From: the human T2T-CHM13v2.0 reference genome, Homo sapiens
DNA length: 64,000 bases
Assembly (NCBI RefSeq): GCF_009914755.1
Contig: NC_060925.1
Strand: one strand, 5' to 3'
Part shown: piece after piece, positions 46,254-61,960 of the stretch
How the letters are laid out: each line of letters begins with the position of its first letter
Position numbering within the stretch: position 1 is the stretch's first letter
Program-made: the position numbers and the translations under genes
The notes under the pieces: model-generated
The model's input: only the letters and a program-made list of their open reading frames with translations
The model's database searches: none
Told to the model about the DNA's origin: nothing

Positions 46254-49200
46254 TGTAGGAGATCAGTCAGAGTGGTGGAAAAACTATAGGGAAAGGATGC
46301 AAACCTTCTGAAAGGTTGGATGGTTCTGCATGGCTTCAGGGGAAAATAGCTGGAGGCAGCTGTTCTATAACCCTGAAGCAGAGGGCAAGGAGTAGGTACA
46401 AGGGAATGTGGGGGAATTTATTTTAAACAGGCTTGCTTACATATGTTGACCAGGATCTGATCTTTGATTATCCATGCACGTGATGTTGCCTGAAAGGGGA
46501 ACAATAAATGTTAATTACCTGCAGGTTGTGTTGGCTCGAGGTTTTCGGCATTGTGCCTGCACTGAATAAAAGCATGTAGCTCCAGCTTCTCTGGGCTGCT
46601 CTCTGGCCACTAGAGCCAGGCAGCCATCTAGCTGCTCTTACACTCCATACCTGTGTCTGAGTACTCATTTCATCTGTCAGCCAGGGTCTGCAGCACAGGC
46701 CTGGCAGGTGGTACCCCATGTGAGGAACGCTGCAACGGATCGCAATGGAACCCTCAAAAATGAAAGTGAAGTCACTACGCAGTGAGTAATTGGTGGCCGT
46801 CGGGGATTTCCAAGTTTGAGGGGATTTGCAAGCTAGGGTTTCATCATGGGACAACAGTTATCAGCTCAACAGCAAAAGTATATAAAAGTATTGAAACAGC
46901 TGCTTAAAGCTAGCAGAGCCTCGGTCTCGGAGGCCCAATTAAGGGACCTAATGCTAACTGTTGTTTCCCATCACCCATGGTTCCTAGAAGAAGACATGCT
47001 AGACCTAGAGCTCTGGGAACAAGTGGGAAGAAATCTTAAATGACATCATGTACAAGGGCAATGGGTCCCAGTAACATCTTTAATGCTATGGGCCTTAATT
47101 AGGGCTGCTTTGGCCCCACTCTACACAGAACAGCCTAAAAACAGAAGGGAAGAGGAACCATCATATACCTTACCACCTCCTCCTTCTCCCTCAGCCCCAC
47201 CATTACCGGGTAAAGGTGCCACAGAGGAGACAGAGATTTTCCCTGAACCCCCTTCCCCAATAAATTGGAAAAAAGACAAGGGATACACTACAGTTATGGG
47301 ATCCTGTCTTAAGCAAGAGGCATTAGAAGGGGAGCTCTTGGACTGCCTGGTGATGCAAGATCAACAAGGCAATCAGGTACATGAATCCATTACTTTCAAC
47401 ACTTATAAAGAAAAAAGAAAAAGCATTAGAGAAACCAGAGCCACTAGCCCATTTATGAAAGGATTAATTGAGTCCATAGCAGATAATTTTCAATCAATTG
47501 CAAGATTATGACCCTGATGTCATAAGAATACCCTTAAGTAAAAAACAATTCGAAGCAGTTCTGTCCCTATCTCTAGACCTTCAGATCGTACTCTCTGATT
47601 ATGCGGGCCATATAGAACATGCTCTTCCTGCTGATGAACTACTCCAGTTCTTATCTCATACTCCTGTAGTTATGCCTACAAAGGTAGTTCACTCCCCCAT
47701 ACCTAACCCTTAAATGCTTTTCACTGATGGCTCTGGTAAAAATGGAAAAGCAGCTATCTGGTGGGAACCGCAAAACTCCCTTACTCAACCTGGATTTACT
47801 AGCACTCAGAGAGCTGAGGTTGGAGCCCTAATATCAGCCCTGGAAACCTTTTCCACTCAGCCCATCAATATTGTTAGTGACTCTGCTTACCCCATTTATT
47901 TATTGCAAAACCTTGAAACAGCCCTCATTAAGTCCACTCTTGAGCCCACCCTGTGTCCCCTTTGTCTTTGACTTTAGCAATTGCTGATTCAATGAATACA
48001 TCTTGTTTTTACCACACACATTCAGGCCCACAGCTCACTGCCTGGCCCACTGGCTCATGGCAATGATCAAGCAGATTTGCAGGTCATGACATCACTACTT
48101 GACCAAGCCACACAATCATATCTGTTTCTTCATCAGAATTGGAGAAATTTATCTAAACAATTTCAACTTAGCCAAAGACTAGCAAAACAAATTATTTTAC
48201 AGTGCCCAGATTGCCAGCTCACAGGCATGTCCCCTCCTTCAACAGGTGTTAACCCTAGAGGACTAGAACCTAATCAGTTATGGTAAATGATGTTACACAC
48301 ATCCCTGAATTTGGAAAACTAAGATATGTACATGTATCCATTGATATCTATTCCCACCTAATAAGTGCTCACGCTCTTCCTAGAGAGTCAGCCTGATATG
48401 TCATTAAACATCTTCTCTTAACCTTTGTGTTTACGGGGAGGCCCACAAAGATTAAAACTGATAGTGGTCTGGCTTACACCAGCTCACAGTTTCAACAATT
48501 TTGTCACGCATGGAAGGTCCAACATTCCACAGGTATCCCATATAACCCCCAAGGACAGGCCATAGTGGAACATGCCCATTCTACCCTTAAAAACATGCTC
48601 AGAAAACAAAAAAGGGGGAATATGAATAAGGATCCTGCAACACAATTGGCACAAGCCTTATTTACCCTTAATTTGTTAAATTTAGATGATACATTTCAAT
48701 CAGCTATAGAAAAGCACTTTGCAAAAAACATTCAAGATATAAAACCTTCAGTTTTATGGAAATGTAAATAGTGGTGAAATGTAAATGAAATGTATGGTGT
48801 GGTCCAAATGATTTGCTAACGTGGGGAAGAGGATATGCTTGTGTTCACACCCCCTGAGGTCCTCTTTAGATTCCAGCACGATGCATCAAACCTTACCATG
48901 GCATGACTGGCACCCAACCTGGTACCAGAAATGAATAAAATGACCCTGCAGGATGCACAACCCTGGATGATGCGGCTTCCTTGGATGCCATAGGCCCCAG
49001 ATATTACCTGGGGGATGCTGAAGAAGACAACTCAGGAGGCCAAGCAAATCCTGTGCCAGACACAGACACCATTCACTCCAGATAATTTGTTCCTTGCTAT
49101 GCTTTCTGTTGCACATTGCAACTCTCATAGGGTATTAACCTTTTTTATTATCTCACTTTGCCTGCTACCTGTACCTGCTATATCCTATTGGGCCCATCTT

Positions 49201-49975
49201 CTAGATCCGCCTTTTTTCCACCCTGTTACTTGGGCAGTCACCCTCTTCCCAGCCTCTAACAATGTGACTGATTGGCTGGGAAGGATTGACATACCCCCAG
49301 TGGGGTCCCTCAGTAATGGCACACATTGGACTGAGGTGCCAAGTAACACTACATATCACTCCTTGATTGGAAAAGAATAATACTGATTATACCGATGTTT
49401 GTCTTATGTTATTTACTGGTTCTAAGATGCAAAGCTGGAACACAAGCTGTAACTGCTGCGCCTGTCAAGGTTGTCACTGTGCATATCTGTATGCCTCAGT
49501 CAACAAAACCTGATGCAAAAAAACAGAAAAGGGAGAGATATAGGAGATCGGTTACAGTGGTAGAAAAACTATAGGGAAAGGACACAAACCTCTGAACGGT
49601 TGGAAGTTTCTGTAGAGCCCTGGGGGAGAATAGCTGAAGGCAGCTGCTCTATAACCCTGAGGCAGAGGGCAAGGAGTAGGTACAAGGGAGTGTGGAGGAA
49701 TTTATCTTAAACAGGCTTGTTTACTTATGTTGACCAGGAACTGATCTTTGATCATCCATGCGTTCCCTGAAAAGGGAACAACAAATGTTAATTACCTGCA
49801 GGTTGTGTTGGCTCCAGGTTTTCGGCATTGTGCCTACACTGAATAAAAGCAAGCAGCTCCAGAGCCGCTCTCTGGCCACTAGAGTGAGGCAGTCACCTAG
49901 CTGCTCTTACACTGCATACCTGTGTCTGACTACTCATTTCATCTGTTGGCCAGGGTCTGTGGGATAGGCCCGGCA
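46254..49975 (+). mobile_element. HERV-K(HML-5)/HERVK22 provirus with LTR22-type LTRs, internally deleted
   Basis: LTRs at 46254-46706 and 49539-49975; 6-bp TSD GGGTAA at 46248-46253 and 49976-49981; tRNA-Met-like PBS at 46709-46726; betaretroviral gag (MGQQLS...PWF), RNase H (FTDGSGK), IN (IKTD...IPYNPQGQAIVE) and env N-terminus. Confidence 0.88.
46846..49380 (+). pseudogene. HML-5 gag/pol/env remnants
   Basis: Broken ORFs 46846-47511 (gag), 47498-48771 (RNase H and IN) and 49015-49380 (env leader/SU); pro and the RT core are missing. Confidence 0.85.
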
Positions 49976-52900
49976 GGGTAAGAATATCTTACCAGTCAGT
50001 CTCTGGCCTTTTTTGTTCTGTGTAAACTGGTTAATCTCCTCTGTGAGGTTTTAAATTAATTGGTTTAATAAGAACTTAATATTTTGTCAGAAAAGTAGAA
50101 AGTGTAATGCTTTTTAGTTCACTTGACTTTAGCAATCTTTGGGAAATAAAGACGATTTTAAAGATTATCGATAAAATACAATTGCCTTCAAAATGTAAAC
50201 ATGTGTTCTAAATTACGTTCAAACATTAGGTTTGCTAAATGCTTTAAGGTCATAAACTGCTTTTGTGGCTTTTGAAAATAGTTTAACTTGACTGCTTTCC
50301 AGCTAGGTAAGACCTGGGGACGCGCATGTGGAGTTGGCCATGCCCTAGCTATGCTGGAAACAGTCAAACTTTATCAGAACGTAACTTACCAGTTTTATTA
50401 CATTCAAGTTGAAATTTCTAAGAGTCGCCATTGTAACATGCAATTAATACCATTAGAAATAGTTTTACATGCAAGGTTTGTAAACAGTAGAATGTGTGTG
50501 TGTGTGTGTATGTCTTTTAAAAAGCTTATAAAAGGTTTTTGCTTCTTTATTTTACTAAAATGATGACAGAAATTTTAAATAATTAACCGTAATCTGGAAT
50601 TCCAAAATCAAACTTCAGTTTCAAAATTGTCTTTCCTAATGCCTGGTTTTCTGGATGGATCAAAAGTCTCCTGAAAACATCCAGAAAAGAGGTAAAAAGG
50701 ATTATCTGATGTGTTTAGGTACATGGGATTGCCAAAATGATGTTCAATCTTCTTTAGGTTATATTTTTGTGAATAATACTAATATATATTCCGAAATTAG
50801 ATGGGATTTCTAAAATTTTAATGTCTAAGTATATGCTACTAATCACAATTATAGTTATTATAAACCACAGAAATAACCAAATTTCCTTGAATAAAGCTAC
50901 TAACCCAAGTAAAACAAAAAATTAATTATCAAGAAAATACTTTCATGTTAAACCAGCTAATACTGAAATTGTTTAAAATAGTTTATAACTAACGTTTGAT
51001 CCCATATTCCTGGGAAAACAATTAAAGCTTCAGGTACATTTGGTCACCTGGTGGGCCATTTCAACATTTTATGAATGGATTTCATTCAATTGTTATTTTT
51101 AATGCAATTTTTCTGGTTGTATAAAAGCTTTCCCATACAAGAGGGCTGATGTTATAACAGTAGATTATTATGCTACAGTGTATTTTTCACCAGGTAAAAA
51201 CTAGCTTTTTACAGTTTGAATCTTCCGGAAACATCAGGGAAAGACTCTCCTTGCCATCCACACTACAACCAAACTTCGGGACTTTGGGCTTTAGGTTCAT
51301 GGTCTCGCAACCAAGAAGGGTACCTCCACAATTTTGGAACTATGCACTCATTGGAACCCTTGAGGTAAAGCTAACCAGGGAAATTTTTCCCAAGAAGAAG
51401 ATGGTGTCCTTGATGTGAACAGCTTTTCTCAAGTTCACAGATTAAGACTTCTACTGTCATGAAACTCTTATCTTTGAATGTTTTTTCTTGCTTATGCCTC
51501 TATGAACAGTGGAAGTGGAAAAGGGGTCTGTTATGGGCACTAATGGGGTGTACTTTTATTTGTGAAGGAGTTTGCAGCCAGCCTTATACATGGATTACTT
51601 TATACTTTGATAGAATAATGAAGGTCCAATGTAAGTAAGAAACTTTAATGGTACATATGTTCCGTCATAATCAGTCAAAAACAAAACATTGGTTCAGTCC
51701 TCTTAACCCACATCATGGGTTAAAGAGAACAATGCCAGAAGGCCTTCACTCTTCTAAAAGGGGATCATTTTTTAGGTCCTTTTTCCATGGTTTAAAGTAA
51801 AAGAAGCAATTATTAGAAATGTATCCTGCATGATACGCTGTACAGCAAATTCTACTGTAAAGGGTACAGTTACACAACAGACTTTAAATTGTCTTGTGAA
51901 AGTTATGCTAAACAATAGAATTAGCTAAACAGAAAAGTACCTGTGTAGCTGCTGGCACTTGTGGCCTATTCAGAAATACATCAAATGAAGATTATAGAAA
52001 TTCAGTGGTAAGGGATAGACAAAGAAATTACTTAGTTAAGTGAGTAAACTTTATCTAGCTCATTCTTTGATCAATTTGATTTTAGGAGGTTCAGTTTATG
52101 GGGACCTTGGGTAAGGAGCATATCCCAAACTCTTGGTATTATCCTCCCAATAGTCATAATAATAGTCTTCCTGGTGCACTGTATTCTCTCAAAGGTTTTA
52201 AATGCTTGCATGCAGCCATCTCTAGAATGTCATATGGTCTCTCTTCAACTGGAATAACAGGAGCTGAAAGAAATGTGCAACCATGAGGACACCTATAAAT
52301 GACGTGCTGAGACCGGAAACTCAAAATGTTGGTAACTGAGAGTGGTGCTAAGGCCCTAAGTTTTGATTACACTCTCACCTAAGTGAGAGCATGACAAAAA
52401 AGGGGAAATTTTTTTAAACAAAATTATGGGAGTCTATTGTTTTGGGCTAAGCTCATGCACTAGGCCCCAACAAACCAAGCCAAACCAAAATGGAGTTGCT
52501 CATGCTAAGATGTTAAAGAAACACATAGATTCTAGAACAGATGAAGCTTTGTTTTTTCTCCTGCAAATCTCTATAACAAACATTTCTGACAGCATAGGTA
52601 TCCACTCCGTGAAGTTCCCATTAAATTTTTTAACCAAATTCATTTCTTCTCACCTAGAGACCATCAAGCTTCAGATGATCATGCAACAAAGGTTCCAGCC
52701 AGTTCAAGGTGAAGACACCACCCCTGACTGTCAGGGAGCACCTACCCTGCCTCCACCAGACTGAGCAAGGCAAGAGATCCATGATCCACAATACTTAGGG
52801 ACTATGCCCCAAGCCAGCATGAAGCAGTTACAGAAAAAAAGACCGTTGGTCCCTCTGCCTCCCATAAATATTTACAGGGATCATATCTCTCAGGGGGAAG

Positions 52901-53683
52901 ATGAGGCAAGAAAAATGGGGTCTGGAGGCAGGGAACATAAGGCCGATTCACACTTTAGCTATGACAGGAAATATCCTCTCCATAGGACGTAGGCCAAGTA
53001 AATGACTTTATAACTTTACTTCATCCTCTCCATTTACATAAGCCATACCCCAAGTAACCAATGGAATCCTCTAGGGGGTATTTACATCCCCCAAATCTCT
53101 GTAATGGGGTCTTTGAGCCCCTATGCTCAGGCCTGCTCCCACACTGTGGAGTATACTTTCATTTTCAATAAATCCTTTCATTCCCACCTTGCTTTGTTTG
53201 TGCATTTTGTCCAATTCTTTGTTCAAGACACCAAGAAACTGGACACCCTCCATTGTTAATAGATTGAGTGGACGTTACCATCCAAAATCACTGTTTGCTT
53301 CTGTTTCCTCTGCAAAATGTTGATTAATGAGAGAAAAGGATTTGTGTGACTAGTCTTGGTTGTAGGGACTCTGGTATAATTTTTGCTATGATAATTGGAC
53401 TGAGTTGCTATTGGATTGAGTACACCACTGGAAAGTCTAATCATTGGTGGCCAAAAGATGGATCCTTTAAATTAGAATGACTCCTAAATTTTAAAAAGAT
53501 ATCTCTCATTCCAAGCAATTGCCTTATTTGTATTTATGGGAGATCAAAAAATGTTTTTTTTTAAAGATAAATAATAGTGTTGTGGCCAGCCTCAGAAATT
53601 CGGCAAAATTGAAGAGCCAGAATCTGACCTAAAACAAAGCTAAAGCCCTTCATAATTTCAAACAGCCTGCTTTGGAGCTGTTC

Positions 53684-53757
53684 CACCGTGTAGTCTGGTA
53701 GTTAAAATTCTGTGCTTTCACTGCCATGGCCTGGTTCAATTCCCAGTCAGGAAATCA
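53684..53757 (+). pseudogene. tRNA-Glu(TTC)-derived sequence embedded in the ERV internal region
   Basis: gtagtctggtagttaaaattctgtgctttcactgccatggcctggttcaattcccagtcaggaaatca aligns to tRNA-Glu GTGGTCTAGTGGCTAGGATTCGGCGCTTTCACCGCCGCGGCCCGGGTTCGATTCCCGGTCAGGGAACCA; anticodon TTC at 53717-53719. Confidence 0.8.
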
Positions 53758-54218
53758 GTTCCTTTGGTTTGATATTTATGTGACTTTTGACCTTTTGGAA
53801 CACCCATTTGTTATCGATCCCTTCGCCTTCTATGAACAACTTTTGATTTCCTGTCTTCTTCCATCTGTGGGGTCAAACAGAGGTTTTGGGCCTTGTGTAT
53901 CAATGGTCAACTGAGAAGCTGAGACCCTGAAAGATATGGCCAGATCAATGTGGGCTGTCCCCCTTTTGTGGCTAGCAAAACCTTCCTTTCTTTGAACCAT
54001 TTCTGGGGTGGTTCTGGATTTTATAAAGACTGCTTTGCACCTCTTTGGAGATGCCTCATGTGTCCTTGGTGAAGGTATAACCTTATTTAAGGCTTATTGG
54101 TTTAGTGAGTCACTTGGGAGGGTACCTTCGGTTAAAAAAAAAAAAAGTTCAAAACCCAGGAATTTCAGCTGTTTATCCTGGCTAAAATCTGATAATAAGA
54201 TATTTAAAAGGATTTTTA

Positions 54219-54680
<462 letters not shown>

Positions 54681-54908
54681 TCATCCCCTTTTTAAGGTAT
54701 TCTGCCTTCCTGTGGAATCTGAAGAGTCATGGACACGTTCCTCTCAAGTCTAAACTCTACTGTCTTTTACATCAATTACCCGATCTCTTTCATTTTTAGG
54801 GGTACCAGGGATTACTGGTGAGACTATGAGACAATACGCTTTGGTATGTATGATGACTGGTGGATCACTGGTGAGAGCTACAGTCTGGGAGGTGGCTGAC
54901 TATGGATG

Positions 54909-55640
54909 TGAAATCGTCTTTGCAAAAATCATAATTGAGGAAATTATTTCATGAAAGAGATCAGACCTGACTGACCCCATCTTCCTTCTAACCTCTAAAC
55001 TGCCTTTGTTCATTCCTGGGTGTAGGCCGAACTAGCCTTGGGAAGGAATTTAGTTTATAGTTTAAACTCTGAAACAAAATGGATTAATAGCTCTTTCCCA
55101 AAAAAACCCTTCTTGCCTGGGGACCAGTCTGTCTTTGTAAGACTAACAAATTTGCTACAAAATTAGATATCACAGTTTAGGGGCCATGCAGCCTCTGGCT
55201 GCAAGAGTCTGAACCTCCCCAAATTGCTCCTGGGAATAACATCACTGTTGTAAAACCTAAGATCAGTGCTTGAGATATTTTGCAGGCCCTACATTCTGAT
55301 GCAGCAGATGACATCATCCAGACTGATTATCTGGCTCAACCAATTTTGTGATCCCACCCGGGAATGGAAGTCATCAAGGACTCACTTCTACCCCCCGTGA
55401 TTTTATCTTCAACCCGACCAATCAGCACTCCCCACTTTCTGAGCTCATACCCTCCAAATTACCCTTAAAAACTCTGATCTCCGAATGTTCCAGGGGACTG
55501 ATTTGAGTAATAATAAGACTCCGGTCACCCCGCACACCCGGCTCTGTGTCAATTACTCTTTCACCATTACAATTCCCCAGACTTGATAAACTGGTTCTTT
55601 CTAGGCAGCCAGCCCAATGTGAACCCATTAGGCAGTTACA
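54909..55640 (+). mobile_element. LTR8-type solo LTR
   Basis: tgaaatcgtctttgcaaaa...gaacccattaggcagttaca; flanks gatg/gttg give a 3/4 TSD match. Confidence 0.85.
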
Positions 55641-55789
55641 GTTGCAATGAATGGTAGTTACCACAAGGGAATACTCATTTCCTTGTGCATTTATTATTTA
55701 GTCTTTTTTAAATTTTAATTTTAAATTCCGGGATATATGTGCAGGATGTGCAGGTTTGTTACAAAGGTAAATGTGTGCCATAGTGGTTA

Positions 55790-56849
<1,060 letters not shown>

Positions 56850-57900
56850 GTTTGCTGCACCCATCAAGCAATCACCTACATATTAAGCCCCGTGTGCATT
56901 AGGTATTTATCCTGATGCTCTCCCTCCCTTCACCCACTCCCAACAGACCACAGTGTGTCCATGTGCTCTCATTGTTCAGCCCCAATTATCAACGAGAACA
57001 TGCGGTGTTTGGTTTTCTGTTCGTGTGTTAATTTGCTGAGGATAATGGCTTCCAGCTCCATCCATGTCCCTGCAAGGGACATTATCTCATTCCCTTTTAT
57101 GGTGGCATAGTATTTCCTGGTGTATATGTACCACATTACCACATTATCTTTATCCAGTCTGTCACTGATAGGTCTCTGGGTTGATTCCATGTCTTTGCTG
57201 TTGTGAATAGTGATGCAATGAACATATGTGTGCAGGTATCTTTATAATAGAATGATTTATATTCCTTTGGGTATATACCCAGTAATGGGGTTGCTGAGTC
57301 AAATGGTATTTCTGCCTCTAGGTCTTTGAGGAATCACCACAGTCTTCCACAATGGTTGAACTAATTTACATTCCCACCAACAGTGTAAAAGCGTTCCTAT
57401 TTCTCCACAACCTCACCAGCATCTGTTGCTTCTTGATTTTTTAATAACCACCATTCTGACTGGCATGAGATAGTATCTCATTGTGGTTTTGATTTGTATT
57501 TCTCTAATGATCAGTGATGTTGAGCTTTTTTTATGTTTGTTGGCCACATGTATGTCTTCTTTTGAGAAGTGTCTGTTCATGTCCTTTGCCCACTTTTTAA
57601 TCAGGTTTTTATTTTTCTTGTAAATTTGTTTCAGTTCCTGGTAGATTCTGGATATTAGATCTTTGTCAGATGGATAGATTGCAAAAATTTTCTCCCATTC
57701 TCTAGGTTGTCTGTTCACTCTGATGATAGTATCTTTTGCTGTGCAGAGTTCTTTAGTTTAATTCAATTCCATTTGTCAATTTTTGCTTTTGTTACAATTG
57801 CTTTTGATGTTTTCATCATGAAATCTTTGCCAGTGCCTATGTCCTAAATGGTATTGCCTAGATGGCCATACTGCCCAAAATAATGTATAGATTCAATGCT

Positions 57901-58204
<304 letters not shown>

Positions 58205-58607
58205 TATAGATTCAATGCTATTTCCATTAAACAACTATTGACATTGTTCGCAGATTTAGAAAAAACTAATTTAAAATTCATATGGAACCAAAAAAGAGAC
58301 CATATAGCCAAGACAATTCTAAGCAAAAAGAACAAAGCTGGAGGTATAATGCTGCCTGACTTCAAACTATACTACAAGTCTACAATAACCAAAACACCGC
58401 ATGGTACTGGTACAAAAACAGACACACAGACCAGTGGAACAGAATAGAGATCTCAGAAATAAGACCACACCTCTGCAACCATCTGATCCTTATCAAACCT
58501 GACAAAAACAAGCAATGGGGAAAGGATTCCCTATTTAATAAATGGTGATGGGAAAACTGGTTAGCCATATGCAGAAAATGGAAACCAGACCCCTTCCTTA
58601 CACCTTA

Positions 58608-58980
<373 letters not shown>

Positions 58981-59404
58981 GTCCTTGTGCATTTAAATAA
59001 AAGTGCAGGTATGAACTCACCACTGAGGGATAAAACTCTTATGGGGGATGGGCTGTTCACAGAGTGGGCTGATTGACATTGGGTTACCTGCCAGCCAGGA
59101 GAATGTCTTTGTAGTGAGGTACACTGTGGAAGCCTGTGTCATGGCCTGGTGTCATGGTGTTTCCTTCTTTTTTGGGGAGCCAGGATTCAATATAAAAGGA
59201 TCCTTGATTTTTAAAGATTTAGATGTGTTGCCCTCCAATTGTGCCTGCTTTTTACATATTAAAATATTTGGCCCTGGAAACTGCAAATATTTTCTTTGCC
59301 CTATCATTAAAGGGCTCCACCTGAAGTAGTAATGTGTTTTGTTTTCCACAAACTTTTTTTCGTTTGAGCTATTTATAGCTTATAGCAATTTGGGCAAAGT
59401 ACAC

Positions 59405-59704
59405 TTTTTTTTTTTTTTAAGACAGGGTCTCACACTGTCACTCAGGCTAGAGTGCAGTGGTGCGATCTCAGCTCACTGCAATCTCCACCTCCTGGCTCCT
59501 GGGTTCAAGTGATTCTCATGCCTCACCCTCCGTAGTAGCTGGGATTACATGTGTGTGCCACCACACCCAGCTAATTTTATATTTTTAGTAGAGACGGGGT
59601 TTTGCCATGTTGGCCAGGCTAATTTCAAACTCCTGGCTTCAAGTGATCCATCTGCTTCAGCCTACCAAAGTGCTGGGTTTATGGGCATGAGCCACAATGC
59701 CCAG
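59405..59704 (-). mobile_element. Alu (S/J)
   Basis: Dimer; TSD gcaaagta(c/t)acttt. Confidence 0.93.
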
Positions 59705-60960
59705 CAAAGTATACTTTTGTGAACAAAAATGGAAATATTTGCCTTTCTCTCTACCTGATTCCTCCAGAATTCAGAAACTATTTGCGAGTATTCTTATTTC
59801 ATAACAATATGGGAATTTACATAAGTTCAATAAAAATCTGTTTTCTTTTGTAACAGGACATATTGGAGACACTGGTAATTTTCCCAAGGCTTTGACTGGA
59901 ATGACATCTTTTCAGATATGACCAGACGGGTTTGAGGAATTAAAGTTGACTTAAAGAACTGGCCTGATACCTTGTCTACATGGTTCTCTTACAAGGTTCC
60001 TGACCTTGTGGTAAGTGAAAAATGTTGTTTTTTGATAGGGCCAGGAACCTCAAGATATTTGGGGACCTCAAAAAGAAAGGAATTCACCCAATTCATACAG
60101 GTATTAAAGGCACAGTCTGATGGTGAATCCTTGGCTTGGCTTTATAACTTCAAGAGGCTTTTAAAAGTCTAATCTGAAATTACTTATGAAAGAGTTCCAG
60201 CAAAGCCAACTTAAAAAGGAGCCTTGTGAATAGACTGTAAGGACAGAAAAAAAATAAAAATAAAAAATGAAAAAAGAAGCCTATATGGCCAATCACTATT
60301 CTTGTTATACTTTGTGCAAATAATCAGGCCAAACATAATACTAAAACTTATTTTACAAGTAAATTGGTCCTACTAAGATTTGTCTTTGGTAGAAATGGGA
60401 AACTGGAGAGAGAAATTAAGTTTCAGATAAGAACTATAGCACACCTGTTATTGGATTCTAGCCCTTATCATTGTTTTTGAGTTTTTTTATTTTCCTACCA
60501 TTTGGACTAAATCCTGAATTACTTCATGGCTACAACAAGTTTCTAAAGAAGAACCTGGGTTTAATTATCTTCATAATGTTTTTAATTGGCTCCCTAAAGG
60601 AACAGATTTGGGTGTTTTTGTTTTTCCATTCTGGCATACCAATTTTCTTTTTGGTTATAATCCATATGTGTTACTCCTGAGAAAACTAAAATCATGGTGT
60701 TTATGTTTCAACAGGCAACAGCAGCTACATAAATCAATGGCTTGACAGAGTTCTCACTTTTGCCACTCTGTGATGCCATCCTAAATGAGCTTTGAGGGAC
60801 TCTTAAAAAAAATCCTCACTGAGACTCTCTCCCTTTCCCCCTTTGACATGGGACAGGACTATCTGGAAATGAGCCTTCCCAGTGACAAGGGACACTTTGA
60901 CAGTCAGATTTTGATCATAAGTGCTTTCAAGAAGAAAGATTTTCATCAAAAGGGGGGAAA

Positions 60961-61414
60961 TAAAAAGAAAAAAACCCTTTTATCTGAGGAATATGAGCCC
61001 CTTTACATTATCAGGCCCAGAAAGGCATTTAAAATGTAACACCAGTCCTGTCTCACTCCCCCTTGAGCTAAATAATTATGTCTTGAAGACACTTGTTATG
61101 TGGGCCCTAGATCATCTTGATGTCAAATAGCTATAAAATAACATACAGCTATAATTTATCAATGTATAATCAATCACCGCTCAATGTTATTTTTGTAAAC
61201 CAATGACAATTACTGACAAATAACTTTTTGTAATCACCCCTTCTCCTGATTTGTTCTTTTTTTTTTCTTTGAAACCTTGAACCACTCTTTTGTTCTCCAG
61301 AGCATGTCCCAAGGAACTTGGAAGTGTGTCCCCGGATGTATCTCTCAACCTTTGTGTTTGAATAAATCCTCTTTAAACTGTATTCTGACCTTTTTTTATT
61401 ATTTTAGGTTGACA
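60961..61414 (+). mobile_element. 3' LTR of the outer MER4-group ERV1 (LTR24-like, name tentative)
   Basis: Preceded by PPT aaaaggggggaaa; contains AATAAA; ends ttaggttgaca; homologous to 32316-33500. Confidence 0.88.
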
Positions 61415-61479
61415 TGGCCTTGCTCTTGAGTAAAACTTTTAAAGAATACAAGCTTCTAAGACATGTACCCCATCCTCTG

Positions 61480-61960
61480 CTTATACAGTTTGATGCTGGA
61501 ACGAAGTAAAAGACTAGACTTTTTTGTGGACAAACTTCATAGTGTTAGACTTGATCTATTGTTTCAGCCATTTCAGAATATTTTGAATTTGAATTTTGTC
61601 TCAATCATTTCATTGATCAGCATGCTACAGATGTCAGCATAACAGTCACTGGTGAAACTGCTGAAAAATTTAGGGCTGAGGGACCACCCTCTAAGTTATT
61701 CCTCCTAATAAATTTTTTCTTGATTTGGAATATTTCTTAACTAGCACCATTTGGGTTATTCAGCAAGTTAAAAATCCCTCTCTCTGTGACAAGCAGCCCA
61801 CAGTTCTTTCACAAGACTCTTTCATGAGATTCTTGGTCATGCTGAAATCTGAATACTCTCTGTACATAAAATTCTATTGATTTCCATTAAGTAGCCCTTT
61901 AGAAAAAGGAAAATTTACTTACATTGGTATGGCCTCTTCTTACTGAACTCATACTATTCC
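61480..61960 (-). mobile_element. Ancient CR1/L3-like LINE fragment (tentative)
   Basis: Degenerate motifs ('catttcag..attttgaatt', 'gctgaaatctgaatac', 'aaaaaggaaa'); similar L3-like sequence lies at about 32190-32300. Confidence 0.4.

Noticed and set aside
46254-49975. HML-6/LTR3 or HML-2 assignment
   Set aside because: The PBS matches tRNA-Met rather than Lys, and the LTR start tgtaggagatc fits LTR22/HML-5
53684-53757. Functional tRNA gene
   Set aside because: The acceptor and D stems are broken, there is heavy transition decay, and it is embedded in an ERV
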